The notes beneath the pieces were generated by a model. It made no database searches and had not been told where the DNA came from. It saw only the letters and a program-made list of their open reading frames with translations. 61,630 bases of DNA from a virus (lineage: Duplodnaviria; Caudoviricetes): the IMG/VR virus record IMGVR_UViG_3300031949_000034, positions 1-61,630 of that record, one strand, 5' to 3'. Below, in pieces: positions 47,138 through 56,662 of the stretch (positions are counted from its first letter, which is position 1; every line of letters begins with the position of its first letter). The position numbers and the translations under genes were made by a program.

Positions 47138-47656
47138 TCACCGGGGCCTTTTGGAGCTTGCGAACTTCACCTGCGCTTCGATCGCGGCCTGGACACACTC
47201 CTCCGGACGAAACCCCATGTCGTCGCACCACCGGATCGTGGAGAAGATGAGGTTACCGAGCTCTTTTCTCACCTCGGCTCGCCACGCGTCGCGGTCCCGG
47301 GTGTACTGCGGGGGAGCGATGGGCTCGTGCCCGAGGCTCTGCGAGACGGTGAGCGTCGCGGGACATCGGTCGCGCGCCTTTCGGGCGAGGTCGCCGACGC
47401 CGACCATCAGACGCACGACGATCTCCTCGAGCGGTTGCTTGAACTGCGGCCCCCAGATGCCCCTGGCCTGATGAAGGAGGCCCTCGAGAGACGTTTTCTC
47501 GTAGCGCGCGCGGAGTTCGAAGACTTGGCTGTAGGCGCTCGACCAGTTTCCGTCGCCTTCACGGAGTGCGGGCTTGTCTCCGCGCGCCGCGCTCGCACAC
47601 GCCCACAGCTTCGCTGAAAGGCGCTGCTCCTCCGGGGAGGGATAGGGATCCGTCAC
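47138..47656 (-). CDS. possible MazG-like protein
   Basis: VGDLAR...EVRKELGNLIF. Confidence 0.5.
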   Translation of the reverse strand: MTDPYPSPEEQRLSAKLWACASAARGDKPALREGDGNWSSAYSQVFELRARYEKTSLEGLLHQARGIWGPQFKQPLEEIVVRLMVGVGDLARKARDRCPATLTVSQSLGHEPIAPPQYTRDRDAWRAEVRKELGNLIFSTIRWCDDMGFRPEECVQAAIEAQVKFASSKRPR

Positions 47657-48192
47657 GGGCGCGTTTCCTTCTCCGGCTCCGGCTCCTCCTCCTCTTCCTC
47701 CTCCTCCGCTCGGATCTCTTCCACGAACGCTAGCCGCTCCTCGGTGAGGCGCACGAGCGCCGCCATGGCCTCGGCTTGCTGGGCCTCCCCGGCGCTCACG
47801 AGCCCCGAGCGGAGCCCCTCACCGATCGAGCGCCACTGCTCGAGCACGCTCTTGAACGTGTCCGCCTCCTCGTCACTGAGGACGTTCTCGGGCGTCTCGC
47901 CCTCCGCGAGCGCGTCCACCCGCTCGTAGAGCTCGGTCGCGTCCTCCTCGAGCTGGGCAAGCGCGGCGCCGCTCTCCCTGACCAGATCCCGCATGAGACT
48001 GAGGACGGTATCGGCCAGTTCCCCGAGCAAGCGCTGCTCGACCGGCTCCGTCGCCGCCTTGGCGAATTGAGTGATGCGCTTCGTCTCCGTCTCGATCTCC
48101 CGGTACAGCGAGCGGAAGACCGCTTCTGAGACGCCCGGATCGGCGTCGTCATCGCCGGTCTCGGTCTCGGGCTCTTTTTCTGACATGGTCAC
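47653..48192 (-). CDS. acidic helical hypothetical protein
   Basis: Coupled ORF. Confidence 0.65.
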   Translation of the reverse strand: MTMSEKEPETETGDDDADPGVSEAVFRSLYREIETETKRITQFAKAATEPVEQRLLGELADTVLSLMRDLVRESGAALAQLEEDATELYERVDALAEGETPENVLSDEEADTFKSVLEQWRSIGEGLRSGLVSAGEAQQAEAMAALVRLTEERLAFVEEIRAEEEEEEEEPEPEKETRP

Positions 48193-49016
48193 TCCTTCTT
48201 CTCGGAAACTTGTGGCGGCCCGAAGATCCCACCGGCCTCGGTCGCCGTCATCGGATGAAACTCCCGATTCGCGCCCTCTCGGATCTTCCTCGCGTCGAAC
48301 TCATCGAGCAGCCGCTCCGACTCGACGTCACGCGGCTGACGCATGTCGCACGCGTACACGCCCGTGTCCGAGAGCCCCATGAAGGTCCCCTCGGTCGTCC
48401 GGCGCGCCGCGCAGAGGCGGGCAACGGACTGGTGCTGGGCGTTGAACTTGAACGCCGTCATCTGCCGCACGTAGTGCTTGCATGGTTTCCGCAGGGGCTC
48501 GACGACGAGTATCTTCTCGCCCGCGCGGCCAAGTCGCCGGAGATGCCCATGGAGCGGCACCATGGGCGCGGGAATCAGAGGGCGACGCGCGTCCGGCGTG
48601 GCCGGGTAGAGCAGCGGCCACCGCTTTTCATGCTCGCCCAGCAGTACCCCCAGGTACGGCCACGCCTGTTCCAGCGGGACCGCGTACGCGCCAGAGGGGG
48701 TCCGCGTCACCGCGCTCGGCGGAAACCTCACCACACCGAGCTCGATCTCGAGCACGAACGCCGAGAAGTCCCCCATGCACACGAGCGACTTCGGATTGAG
48801 TGCCGGGACGTCGCTCTCCGTCTCCTGGCTCACCGCCGCCGGCATACCGTCGCTCCCCTCGACGTAGCGCCCCGCCTCCGGCTCCCCGAACGTATCCGTC
48901 ACGTCGTCGAACGGATGAAACTCGGTCTCCGCCTCCTCGCTCGCCTCCTGAGGTACGGTGGCGTCCTCCGGCGAGGCAGCTTCGTCCCGAGTCTCGGGAC
49001 CCTCAGCGTTGGACAT
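48189..49016 (-). CDS. hypothetical protein
   Basis: ORF with promoter-like TTGCCG-N18-TACGCT upstream. Confidence 0.7.
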   Translation of the reverse strand: MSNAEGPETRDEAASPEDATVPQEASEEAETEFHPFDDVTDTFGEPEAGRYVEGSDGMPAAVSQETESDVPALNPKSLVCMGDFSAFVLEIELGVVRFPPSAVTRTPSGAYAVPLEQAWPYLGVLLGEHEKRWPLLYPATPDARRPLIPAPMVPLHGHLRRLGRAGEKILVVEPLRKPCKHYVRQMTAFKFNAQHQSVARLCAARRTTEGTFMGLSDTGVYACDMRQPRDVESERLLDEFDARKIREGANREFHPMTATEAGGIFGPPQVSEKKE

Positions 49017-49064
49017 GGTTCTGAGCGTACCCGAGAGATATATCTGCCGGCAAGGGCTTTCCCC

Positions 49065-49610
49065 CTAGGTCGGAGCGTCGCCCGAATTCTTGTCGTGTTC
49101 CGCCTGAATCTCTTGGGCGCGCTCGAAACCGGGCGGCATCGGCCCCGAGCCGGGGTCTGCCTGTATTTTCGCGAGTTCCGCCCTGAGCTCCGCCGGAACT
49201 TCAATGTCTTTCACGTCGTGTCCGAGCTCCGCGAGCTTCGCGCCGCGCGCGTTCGCGACCTTCGTCGAGCGCTCGAGCTCACGCAGAAGCCACGACTGCG
49301 CCACGCTCGCCTGCCCGAGAAAATTTCGGTACAGATCGCGCCATTGCTCCGCCTCGCCCTCGAGCCCCTCGATGATGCCGAAGAACTCGTCGGCGCGACG
49401 CTTGTGCTGCGCGATCTCTTGCTGCATGGCGAGAACGCGCTCGCGGTGCTCAGCCGTCGTTCCGAACTCGCGGGCGACCCGGACCGCGATGCGCGCCTCG
49501 TCGCGCTCTGCGAGCACATTGCCGAGCCGAGAGACGAGACCGACGATGTACGCGGTGAGCAGGAGCGCGACGACGAGACCCACGGCGCCAGTGACGATGA
49601 CGCCGATCAC
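49065..49610 (-). CDS. N-terminal TM coiled-coil protein
   Basis: Hydrophobic N-terminus. Confidence 0.65.
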   Translation of the reverse strand: MIGVIVTGAVGLVVALLLTAYIVGLVSRLGNVLAERDEARIAVRVAREFGTTAEHRERVLAMQQEIAQHKRRADEFFGIIEGLEGEAEQWRDLYRNFLGQASVAQSWLLRELERSTKVANARGAKLAELGHDVKDIEVPAELRAELAKIQADPGSGPMPPGFERAQEIQAEHDKNSGDAPT

Positions 49611-49891
49611 GCTTCCCCACTGGACGCGCTCGCGGCCGATGTTGCGCTCTCGCGCCCCTCGCGCAGCACTGTCAAGTACCCTTGCCAGACGTCGAGGATC
49701 GCGCGGGCCACCGTGTCGAAGCGATGAGCGGCGTCGTCACGGTGGGGCGCATTCAAGGCGTGGAGCGCCGCCTCGGCAGCAAACTGCACACCAAGGTCGG
49801 GACCGGTGACGGCAACCGCGTAGGCGCCGTCCGGCCCGCTGATCGAGAGCTTGACCTCGTAGGGGACGGGCGGAGCTTCGGCGTCGGACAT
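49607..49891 (-). CDS. hypothetical protein
   Basis: Coupled ORF. Confidence 0.5.
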   Translation of the reverse strand: MSDAEAPPVPYEVKLSISGPDGAYAVAVTGPDLGVQFAAEAALHALNAPHRDDAAHRFDTVARAILDVWQGYLTVLREGRESATSAASASSGEA

Positions 49892-49922
49892 CCCCGCAGG
49901 GTGGACACCCGAAAGACACGGG

Positions 49923-50291
49923 TCAAGCCCGGACGATCAGGGACACGCCATGGTGAAAGCCCCACGGCCGCGCGGCGCCGCCCGGCGGGTGGTAGTGCTC
50001 CTCGATGAGGCCGGCGTACTCGTCATCGATCGGGACCACCGTCCCGAACGGCGCCCCGCCGTGGGAGGCGAGCACCGACTGCGCGGCGCTGCTGAGCTCG
50101 GCCGTGACCTCGTCGCCGCGCACCCGGCGATAACCGGCCGGCAGGTCTATCGCGACAGGGGCTCTCGGGGGACCTTCGGGTGGCATGTTTTCCTCCTCGT
50201 CGGGGAACGCCTGCGCCAGGAGCACCAGGCCCGCGGCAATGACGAAGGCAGACCCCAGAAACATAGGGTTTACGCGGGGATAGCCCATCAC
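49923..50291 (-). CDS. membrane-anchored hypothetical protein
   Basis: N-terminal TM; EEHYH...HHGVSL. Confidence 0.6.
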   Translation of the reverse strand: MMGYPRVNPMFLGSAFVIAAGLVLLAQAFPDEEENMPPEGPPRAPVAIDLPAGYRRVRGDEVTAELSSAAQSVLASHGGAPFGTVVPIDDEYAGLIEEHYHPPGGAARPWGFHHGVSLIVRA

Positions 50292-50611
50292 TTCCGCTTC
50301 CGGTCCGCCGCGTAGGATTCCTCGAACTCCACCGTGTCGAGAATCTCCGGGGCCCGCTCGAGTAGGCCGGCGACGAGCTCCGCGAGCGCCCGGGCCGCGC
50401 GGTCCCCCCGGAACCGGTCCACCCGGACCGTCACCAGGTCGTCGACCCCCGAGACCACCACGAACCGGACCGGTCCCGCGCCCTCCGGGTGACGGTATTC
50501 CACGTGAATGCGGCCACTTGGGACTCGGGCCACGGTCAGGAGTTGGAGGAGCTCCGCCGTCGTGAACCGCGGCTCGACGGCCGGCGCCGCCCGGGCCTCA
50601 TCCGCTGCCAT
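50288..50611 (-). CDS. hypothetical protein
   Basis: Coupled ORF. Confidence 0.5.
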   Translation of the reverse strand: MAADEARAAPAVEPRFTTAELLQLLTVARVPSGRIHVEYRHPEGAGPVRFVVVSGVDDLVTVRVDRFRGDRAARALAELVAGLLERAPEILDTVEFEESYAADRKRK

Positions 50612-51029
50612 TCGGCGGCCCTCCCGCTTTCACATGCAACAGTAATTCCACAAGAAAGTCACCGACCTCAGGTCGATTGCGAGGCTCCTGGGACCGGAAC
50701 CGATCGATCGCCTCGCGGATCGGCGCCGCGGCCACATACCCCGCGTCCCGGAGATCCCGGTCGGTGGCATAGTCTGTGCCGGCGGGTTTGAAGTTCTGGG
50801 CACCGTTCCGGAGGGCGGCGCCGGGGAGGCTCACGTTGCCGGTGCCGGGGCCGGTCCGGGCGATGAGCAGCACGAACGTCGTCGGGTCCGGCCGCACGAA
50901 CGTCACCGGCTCGTCCATGGCGAATCCCGCCCGCCGGCACGCGTGGTTGAACTCCTCCGGCGAGGACGCGCCGATGAACTCCCGGAACGGGACGCTGTCG
51001 GCGCCGCCGACGTCCGGCGGGACTTTCAC
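50598..51029 (-). CDS. hypothetical protein
   Basis: Coupled ORF. Confidence 0.55.
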   Translation of the reverse strand: MKVPPDVGGADSVPFREFIGASSPEEFNHACRRAGFAMDEPVTFVRPDPTTFVLLIARTGPGTGNVSLPGAALRNGAQNFKPAGTDYATDRDLRDAGYVAAAPIREAIDRFRSQEPRNRPEVGDFLVELLLHVKAGGPPNGSG

Positions 51030-51565
51030 TTCCGCCTCCCGAGGAGCCGCCGCGCGCCACCGAGGAGGCCCCGGCCGGACGCGGGGGGCAACTGGGCGCT
51101 GATCCGCTCGGCGAGTTCGCCCACCTGCCCGATGAGCTCGGTCATCTGCTGGGTCTGCCGGATCTGCAGCTCGCTCGCCGTGTGCCGGCTGCCGCGGTGG
51201 TGGGCCTCCGGATCGTACACGGGCGTCGCGATTGGACCGCCGCCGAAGATGCCGCCCCCGGTGCTCCCGCCGATGCCGTGGACGCCGTCGACCAGGTCCG
51301 CCTCCTCGGCGAGCCAGCGCTCCTCGGCATCTTCCGGGCTCTCCTCGGTGTCGCGCCGGCTCCGGACGACCGGGCTCCCGAACTCCTCCCGCTCACGCCG
51401 CTCGCGCGCCATCTCCGTCCCGCTCCGCGCGAGCGCCTGCGTCGGGCGCGCCGCCGGCGCCGCGCCCCCGAGCCGATTGCGGAGCAATTCCCGCTTCAGC
51501 TCCTCGACGGTCTTGCCCTCGGCGCGGGCGAGCGCCTCGAACGCTGCGTCGAGATCGTCAGGCAT
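51026..51565 (-). CDS. hypothetical protein, RHH-like N-terminus
   Basis: MPDDLDAAFEALARAEGKTVEEL; GAGGAGG RBS. Confidence 0.6.
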   Translation of the reverse strand: MPDDLDAAFEALARAEGKTVEELKRELLRNRLGGAAPAARPTQALARSGTEMARERREREEFGSPVVRSRRDTEESPEDAEERWLAEEADLVDGVHGIGGSTGGGIFGGGPIATPVYDPEAHHRGSRHTASELQIRQTQQMTELIGQVGELAERISAQLPPASGRGLLGGARRLLGRRK

Positions 51566-52016
51566 TCGCCTCCTCGTTCGCAGGCGCAGCATCCGGATTC
51601 TCCAGGAACGCGACCAGCTCGCCGGTCGGATCAATCGGCTGCACAACTTTCGGCGCGCGCTTCCGCCGCCAGCGGCGCTTCCGTTCCGCTCGCACCGCAG
51701 CGAGCGAAGCGTCGTCGAGCACCCAGTCGGACGTCGCAACGCACCGGCCGGTCGCGAGCGAAAAGGCCGCGTTGTTCGCGGGCGCAAACGCGACGACGAG
51801 CCGGCGCGGAGAGGAGTCCGCCGGAACGTGCTCGTCGCCCTTCAGATGCTTGCCTTCGAAGACGAACTCGTAGCCGACGACGGCGACCGCGCGCTTCTCG
51901 AGCGGCGTGAGGGTGCGGCGGAGTACTCGGTTCACGCGCTCGAGCACTGGCCATCGCAGAATGGTTACCGCGAGGGTGCGGTCATCGGACTGGAGGATGC
52001 GAGAAGTGTCGGCCAT
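51558..52016 (-). CDS. hypothetical protein
   Basis: ORF downstream of a tandem operator-like motif. Confidence 0.55.
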   Translation of the reverse strand: MADTSRILQSDDRTLAVTILRWPVLERVNRVLRRTLTPLEKRAVAVVGYEFVFEGKHLKGDEHVPADSSPRRLVVAFAPANNAAFSLATGRCVATSDWVLDDASLAAVRAERKRRWRRKRAPKVVQPIDPTGELVAFLENPDAAPANEEANA

Positions 52017-52044
52017 GGACCCGATCGTAGCCCGGATGCGCTAG

Positions 52045-52656
52045 CTAAGCTAGCTCAGAGGTGTCGGTGCGCGCGACTTCGCTATCGAGCGCGCGGTCGA
52101 TCTCGCGAGCCTCCTCGGCCGCGCTTCGCAACGGCAACCCCACGAGCGCCGGCGGCCTCACCCGTTGAGCTCTCGCCCACGCATGCACTTCGCCGAGTGT
52201 GTCGGGGGCATAGCCGAGGCGCGTGCGGCACAGATGCAGCACGAGCGACTCCACCGGCCCGAACGGTGTCACGAAGTGGGCGGGAGGCTCCGGGTGTCGC
52301 TGCCAGTAGGACCAGATCTTGCGATCGAGGAGGCGGAAGCTCCGGCCCGCCTCAGCGAGCACGTTGTCGAGCACCTCGATGTCGCACCTGCCGGTCGCCA
52401 CGAGCGCGAGCAGCGCGTGGTTTCCGCCGCGCATCGTGTCTGCGTCTGCAAACGTCGTCTCCTGCCACGCGCGCCGAGCGCTCGCGAACACGCGCTCACG
52501 GCGATAGCGCTCGAGTAAGCGCACGACCGATATCTCACACGTGAGCCAGGCGTCTAAAAGATCCGCGCCGAGTTCGAAGTCCTGCTCGGTCCAGCCGTGC
52601 TGCTCGTCGAGCATGCGCAGCGGCGGAGTCGGGACGGCGAGCGGCGCGGGCAGCAT
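52045..52656 (-). CDS. hypothetical protein
   Basis: ORF downstream of DnaB. Confidence 0.55.
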   Translation of the reverse strand: MLPAPLAVPTPPLRMLDEQHGWTEQDFELGADLLDAWLTCEISVVRLLERYRRERVFASARRAWQETTFADADTMRGGNHALLALVATGRCDIEVLDNVLAEAGRSFRLLDRKIWSYWQRHPEPPAHFVTPFGPVESLVLHLCRTRLGYAPDTLGEVHAWARAQRVRPPALVGLPLRSAAEEAREIDRALDSEVARTDTSELA

Positions 52657-52736
52657 CGGGGGCTACCGTATCGCCCCGACGAGGATCCTGGCAAGCCCCG
52701 GTTGTTTCCCGCGGGTTACATGCAGGATCGTGAGCG

Positions 52737-54143
52737 TCACTCGTTGTCGAAGTCCACCGGAATGTCATCCATCGGCCCGGTCTCCTCGTAGTTTCGGAAG
52801 CGCATGGTCTCTTTCGTGAACGCCACTTTCACGATCCCGGTCGGACCGTTGCGTTGCTTGCTCACGATGACTTCGCACCAGCCAATGAGCAACGGGTCGG
52901 GCTCGCGCATGTAGTACTCGGGCCGGTACAGAAACAGCACGGTGTCGGCGTCCTGTTCGATGGCGCCCGACTCGCGTAGATCTCTCAACTCGGGACGCTT
53001 GTTCGCGCGGTCGCGGTTTTCTACGGAGCGGTTGAGCTGGCTCAAGAGCATCACGGCGACGTCCTCGTCCTTCGCGATCTGTTTGCAGCCTCGCGAGAGC
53101 GAAGAAATCTCCTGCTCGCGATTCTTCCCGCGCTCGCCCACCACGTGCATGAACTGCAGGTAGTCGATGACGACGAGCGCGAGCTTCCCACACGGCACTC
53201 CGGCCGCTCCGCGCGCGATGAGGCTCTTCAACTTGCGGACGCGGGCCCGGATCTGACCGAGCGTCGTCATCGAGTAGTCGTCGACCCAGAGCGGGAGCGC
53301 GCCGATGCGTGCGACGCTTCCCGAGACGGCGTCCCAGTCATTGGGCTGCATCCCGATGGGGTTACGAATGCGGCCGTGCACGATGCCGGTATCGATGGAC
53401 AGAGCGCGCTGCGCGAGCGCGACGCCGAGCTGCTCCAGGCTGAAGAACGCGACCCCGTCTCCAGTTCCGGCCACGTGCATGGCCACATTGAGCGCGTACG
53501 CGGTCTTGCCCATGCCGGGGCGCCCGGCAACGACGTAGAGGTCTCCGCGTACGAGCCCCATCATCATCGCGTCGAGGTGCGTGATGCCAGTCGGCGCGCC
53601 GAGGAGCGCCACGCCGCGCTCCTTGGCCATCTGCATTGTCGCGTACGCGGCGTCGGCGTGCGAGCCGAGGAGCACGAGATCTCGCGCCATCGACTGGTGC
53701 GCGATCTGCCCGAACGCCTCCTCGGCGCTCTCGAGGTAGCCCTGCAGGTCCTCCGCGGAGTTGGTCTTCAGGACGCCGACGATCTCCTGGGCCTTGCTGA
53801 TCGCCTGCCGCGCTCGCCACTTGTCGCGGATGAGCATCGCGTGGTGCTGGGCGTTCACGACGGACGGCGTCGCGTCGGTGAGAAGCGCGAGGTACGGCGT
53901 GCCGCCGACTTGCGGGAGGCGATTGTTCTGGTTGAGCCAACTGGCGACGAGCACGACGTCGATCGGCCCCCCGTCGGCGCGGAGCGCGCAGAGGGCGCGC
54001 CAGACCCAGCGATTGGCGTCCGAGTACCAGGCCGCGTCGGGCAGGAGCGGAATGAGCTCGTCGAGCAAGTCCGGCTTCAGGAGGCACGCGGAGAGCACGA
54101 CGCCCTCGGCGAGCATGTCGGCCTGGGTGGACGCCTCGCTCAT
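52737..54143 (-). CDS. dnaB: replicative DNA helicase
   Basis: GRPGMGKT, FFSLE, IDYLQ, LSQLNR, DLRESGAIEQDAD, KQRNGPTG. Confidence 0.97.
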   Translation of the reverse strand: MSEASTQADMLAEGVVLSACLLKPDLLDELIPLLPDAAWYSDANRWVWRALCALRADGGPIDVVLVASWLNQNNRLPQVGGTPYLALLTDATPSVVNAQHHAMLIRDKWRARQAISKAQEIVGVLKTNSAEDLQGYLESAEEAFGQIAHQSMARDLVLLGSHADAAYATMQMAKERGVALLGAPTGITHLDAMMMGLVRGDLYVVAGRPGMGKTAYALNVAMHVAGTGDGVAFFSLEQLGVALAQRALSIDTGIVHGRIRNPIGMQPNDWDAVSGSVARIGALPLWVDDYSMTTLGQIRARVRKLKSLIARGAAGVPCGKLALVVIDYLQFMHVVGERGKNREQEISSLSRGCKQIAKDEDVAVMLLSQLNRSVENRDRANKRPELRDLRESGAIEQDADTVLFLYRPEYYMREPDPLLIGWCEVIVSKQRNGPTGIVKVAFTKETMRFRNYEETGPMDDIPVDFDNE

Positions 54144-55069
54144 CGCATGCGTCCGTCGGGGCCCTTGAGCGGCACGCCGCGCAGATCGGATACGAGCCGG
54201 CTGTACGCGCGCTCCCCGAGCGTCGCGTTGCACTCGTCGGCATTGCCGTTCTGGGTGACGAGCGTCGGCAGCCCACTCGCCCAGCGCTCGTTCGTCAGGA
54301 TGAGCAACTGTTCGCGCACCCACTCGTTGGTGCGGTGGGCGCCGAGGTCGTCCAGCACGAGCAGTTCGGCGCGCTTCGCGCGATCGACGACGAAGCCGTA
54401 CTCGTCCGGGTTGTCGAAGCCGCGGCGAATCTTCTCGAGGAACTCCGGCACGAACTCGAACTGCGCCCGCCTGATCTTACCCGTCCGCAGGAGCTCCGCG
54501 ATGATCGACGCGGCCAGGTGAGTCTTGCCGACGCCTGGCGTCTCGCTCGCGAAGAGCAGTCCCGTCTTCGTCCTCCGGCGATCGAACGCGCTCGCGTACG
54601 CCTTCGCGACCTCGAGCCCGTTTCGCTGCGAGCGGTGTTTGGGCTCGTAGTTCGAGAAGCGCATCGTCGCCTGCCGATCGCGGACCCCGGATAGCAGGAG
54701 CTGTCGGTAGAGCAGGTAGTCGTCCCACTTGTCGCACTTGCGATCACTGATCTGCTGGATGGCGTCGTCCCAATATGGCCTCCTCCCTTGTCGGAAGAGA
54801 GAATCGTTCTCGATACGCTCGACGCAGCGGCCTCCGTGCGACGGACAGTCGTCGCACTCGACCAGTCGCGCTTCCGCATGTGGCGCAAGCCCGTGCACGC
54901 CGGAGAAGTCCTTGGTCGTGATGTCTTCTGGGATCCCGCTCGCGAGCCGCGGGTACTCGGTCTTGAGCCACGCGCTCAACGGTTGCCCGTTCATCGCGCT
55001 CTCGAGTCGAGCGCTCTGGGCTTCCTCCGCCGGGCGCACGAGTCGCAGGTGATGCTTCAATGTGTCCAT
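54140..55069 (-). CDS. DnaC/IstB-like AAA+ helicase loader
   Basis: GVGKTHLA, LLVLDDLG, GERAYSRL. Confidence 0.9.
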   Translation of the reverse strand: MDTLKHHLRLVRPAEEAQSARLESAMNGQPLSAWLKTEYPRLASGIPEDITTKDFSGVHGLAPHAEARLVECDDCPSHGGRCVERIENDSLFRQGRRPYWDDAIQQISDRKCDKWDDYLLYRQLLLSGVRDRQATMRFSNYEPKHRSQRNGLEVAKAYASAFDRRRTKTGLLFASETPGVGKTHLAASIIAELLRTGKIRRAQFEFVPEFLEKIRRGFDNPDEYGFVVDRAKRAELLVLDDLGAHRTNEWVREQLLILTNERWASGLPTLVTQNGNADECNATLGERAYSRLVSDLRGVPLKGPDGRMR

Positions 55070-55077
55070 GCGTATGG

Positions 55078-56343
55078 TCAGTCCGCTAGAAAGTCGTCCA
55101 GGTTGTCGAACAGGGCTCGGTCGAGCGCTGTCCCGAACGCGGTCTTCTTCGGGGCTGCCGGCGGCGCCGCGCGACTCTGGCGGCGCTCGGGCTCGCGCTT
55201 CACCCACCCGAGGATTCTGGAATCGAACGCCGCCTGTGTTTGCACCCGTGGCTCCTCGGCGTGCTCCCGGAACCGCCCCACGAGGTCCGCGAACCCGGCC
55301 TCGCTGATCCCGAGCTTGGTGGCCGACTCGACGATCCGGACGCTTGGCCAGTAGGTCTCGACGGGCAGATCCCACTTCGCCCGTCTCCCCGGCCCATTGT
55401 TCGATTTGGGGGGTACCTCCCCCTCCTCCGGCGGCGCTGATGGCCCGCTAGGATCCTCTCCCGAAGGGAGATCAGCACGGCTAGGCACGGCTAGGCACAG
55501 AGTGACAGGGTTGCTCTGAATATTACAGGTGGATTTCGGTAAAATGTCACGCTGCGTGACACTCGTGAGCAGATCTGGGTCACGATTCGTGACCGAGATC
55601 TCGTGAGCCTCGGCCAGGGAGCGAGCCGCCATGACTGTCACGTTTCGTGACATGTCACGTTTCGTGACACCAACATCGCGTGCGCCCTGCACTTCTGCGG
55701 ACAGCCTGGCTAGAAAAGACGCAAGCGCTCCGTCGGCCCGGAACCACTCCTGGTCGATGCGGTAGTCCCGAAAGTCGTGGTGGAGGCCGCCGGCGATCGC
55801 CCGGCCCCCGGGGAAGTCGGCGACCAGGCGGAGGGTGTCCTCGGGGTAGGCCTGGGAGAGGGCGGCGAGGCGGCTCTCGAGGATGTTCGTGTAGCTGATC
55901 CGAACGGCGCCATCCCGAGCGCGCTCGACGATGTAGACGCGCGACGCCGCATCGTTCTCGGCGGGCTCGGCCTCGCCGCGGAGGATGCTCTCGCGGTGCG
56001 CGACGTTGGCTCGGCGCGCTCGCGACTCCTGCTTCCGGACGGCGTCGCTGCTCTTCGCTTCCTGCGCCTCCAGAAACTTCGTGACGATGAGCCAGCGGCC
56101 GCGGAGCATCACGACCTCGTGCTCGGTGAGCTTCGAAAGCCCGAAGTCGACGACCTCGTACGGCATCCGCGTCACTGCCGCGAGCCCCGAAATGGGGCCA
56201 TCCGCCCCGAACTCGAAGACCCCTGCGCGATCCACCCGACGCAAGAGTTGCATCAGCGTGCACTGCCCCTGCCACAGGATCATGACCCATGTGGCGGTGT
56301 CGCGAGTGAAAAGTCGAACGTACCTCTCGTCTGAGAAGTCCAT
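55078..56343 (-). CDS. replication initiator with embedded degenerate T5orf172/GIY-YIG-like domain
   Basis: Lies upstream of loader and DnaB; internal iterons; VYIVE...RL...LHHDF...EWF. Confidence 0.75.
   Translation of the reverse strand: MDFSDERYVRLFTRDTATWVMILWQGQCTLMQLLRRVDRAGVFEFGADGPISGLAAVTRMPYEVVDFGLSKLTEHEVVMLRGRWLIVTKFLEAQEAKSSDAVRKQESRARRANVAHRESILRGEAEPAENDAASRVYIVERARDGAVRISYTNILESRLAALSQAYPEDTLRLVADFPGGRAIAGGLHHDFRDYRIDQEWFRADGALASFLARLSAEVQGARDVGVTKRDMSRNVTVMAARSLAEAHEISVTNRDPDLLTSVTQRDILPKSTCNIQSNPVTLCLAVPSRADLPSGEDPSGPSAPPEEGEVPPKSNNGPGRRAKWDLPVETYWPSVRIVESATKLGISEAGFADLVGRFREHAEEPRVQTQAAFDSRILGWVKREPERRQSRAAPPAAPKKTAFGTALDRALFDNLDDFLAD
55545..55669. repeat. four palindromic iterons GTCACG-N3-CGTGAC (probable origin)
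   Basis: At 55545, 55578, 55636 and 55653, next to an AT-richer stretch at ~55515-55545. Confidence 0.8.
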
Positions 56344-56376
56344 GCATGCCCTCCGAGCGGTTGCTGGCGGTTACGC

Positions 56377-56571
56377 TCAGCCACCGCTCGCGAGGGCGAG
56401 CTTGGGCTTGTCTTCGAGGGCCTTGAGGGCTCCGGTCTGCTTGGCGAAACGACGAAGAGCGCGGCGGAGGACGTCCGACTTCGTCAGGCGCTCGTTCTCG
56501 GCGCAGGCGTCCAGGATGCGCACGTGCTCGTCGTCCATGACCAGGGTGAAGATTTTTCTGGGTGCGGCCAT
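56377..56571 (-). CDS. CopG/ribbon-helix-helix regulator
   Basis: IFTLVMDDEHVRILD...TKSDVLRRAL. Confidence 0.8.
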   Translation of the reverse strand: MAAPRKIFTLVMDDEHVRILDACAENERLTKSDVLRRALRRFAKQTGALKALEDKPKLALASGG

Positions 56572-56592
56572 TCCACTCCCATACAGGGGTCG

Positions 56593-56609
56593 TCTTGATC
56601 GGGTCAAGA
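56593..56609 (-). promoter_or_regulatory. palindrome TCTTGATCGGGTCAAGA over a TTGACC -35 (candidate operator)
   Basis: Just upstream of the RHH gene. Confidence 0.5.
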
Positions 56610-56662
56610 TATGTTCCTGCGGCAGGGGCGAGAGGCCACGAAAAAACGGGCCGGTCGCAGGG

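Noticed and set aside
54140-55069. IS21 IstB or packaging ATPase
   Set aside because: No IstA or terminal repeats; its position between initiator and DnaB fits a helicase loader.
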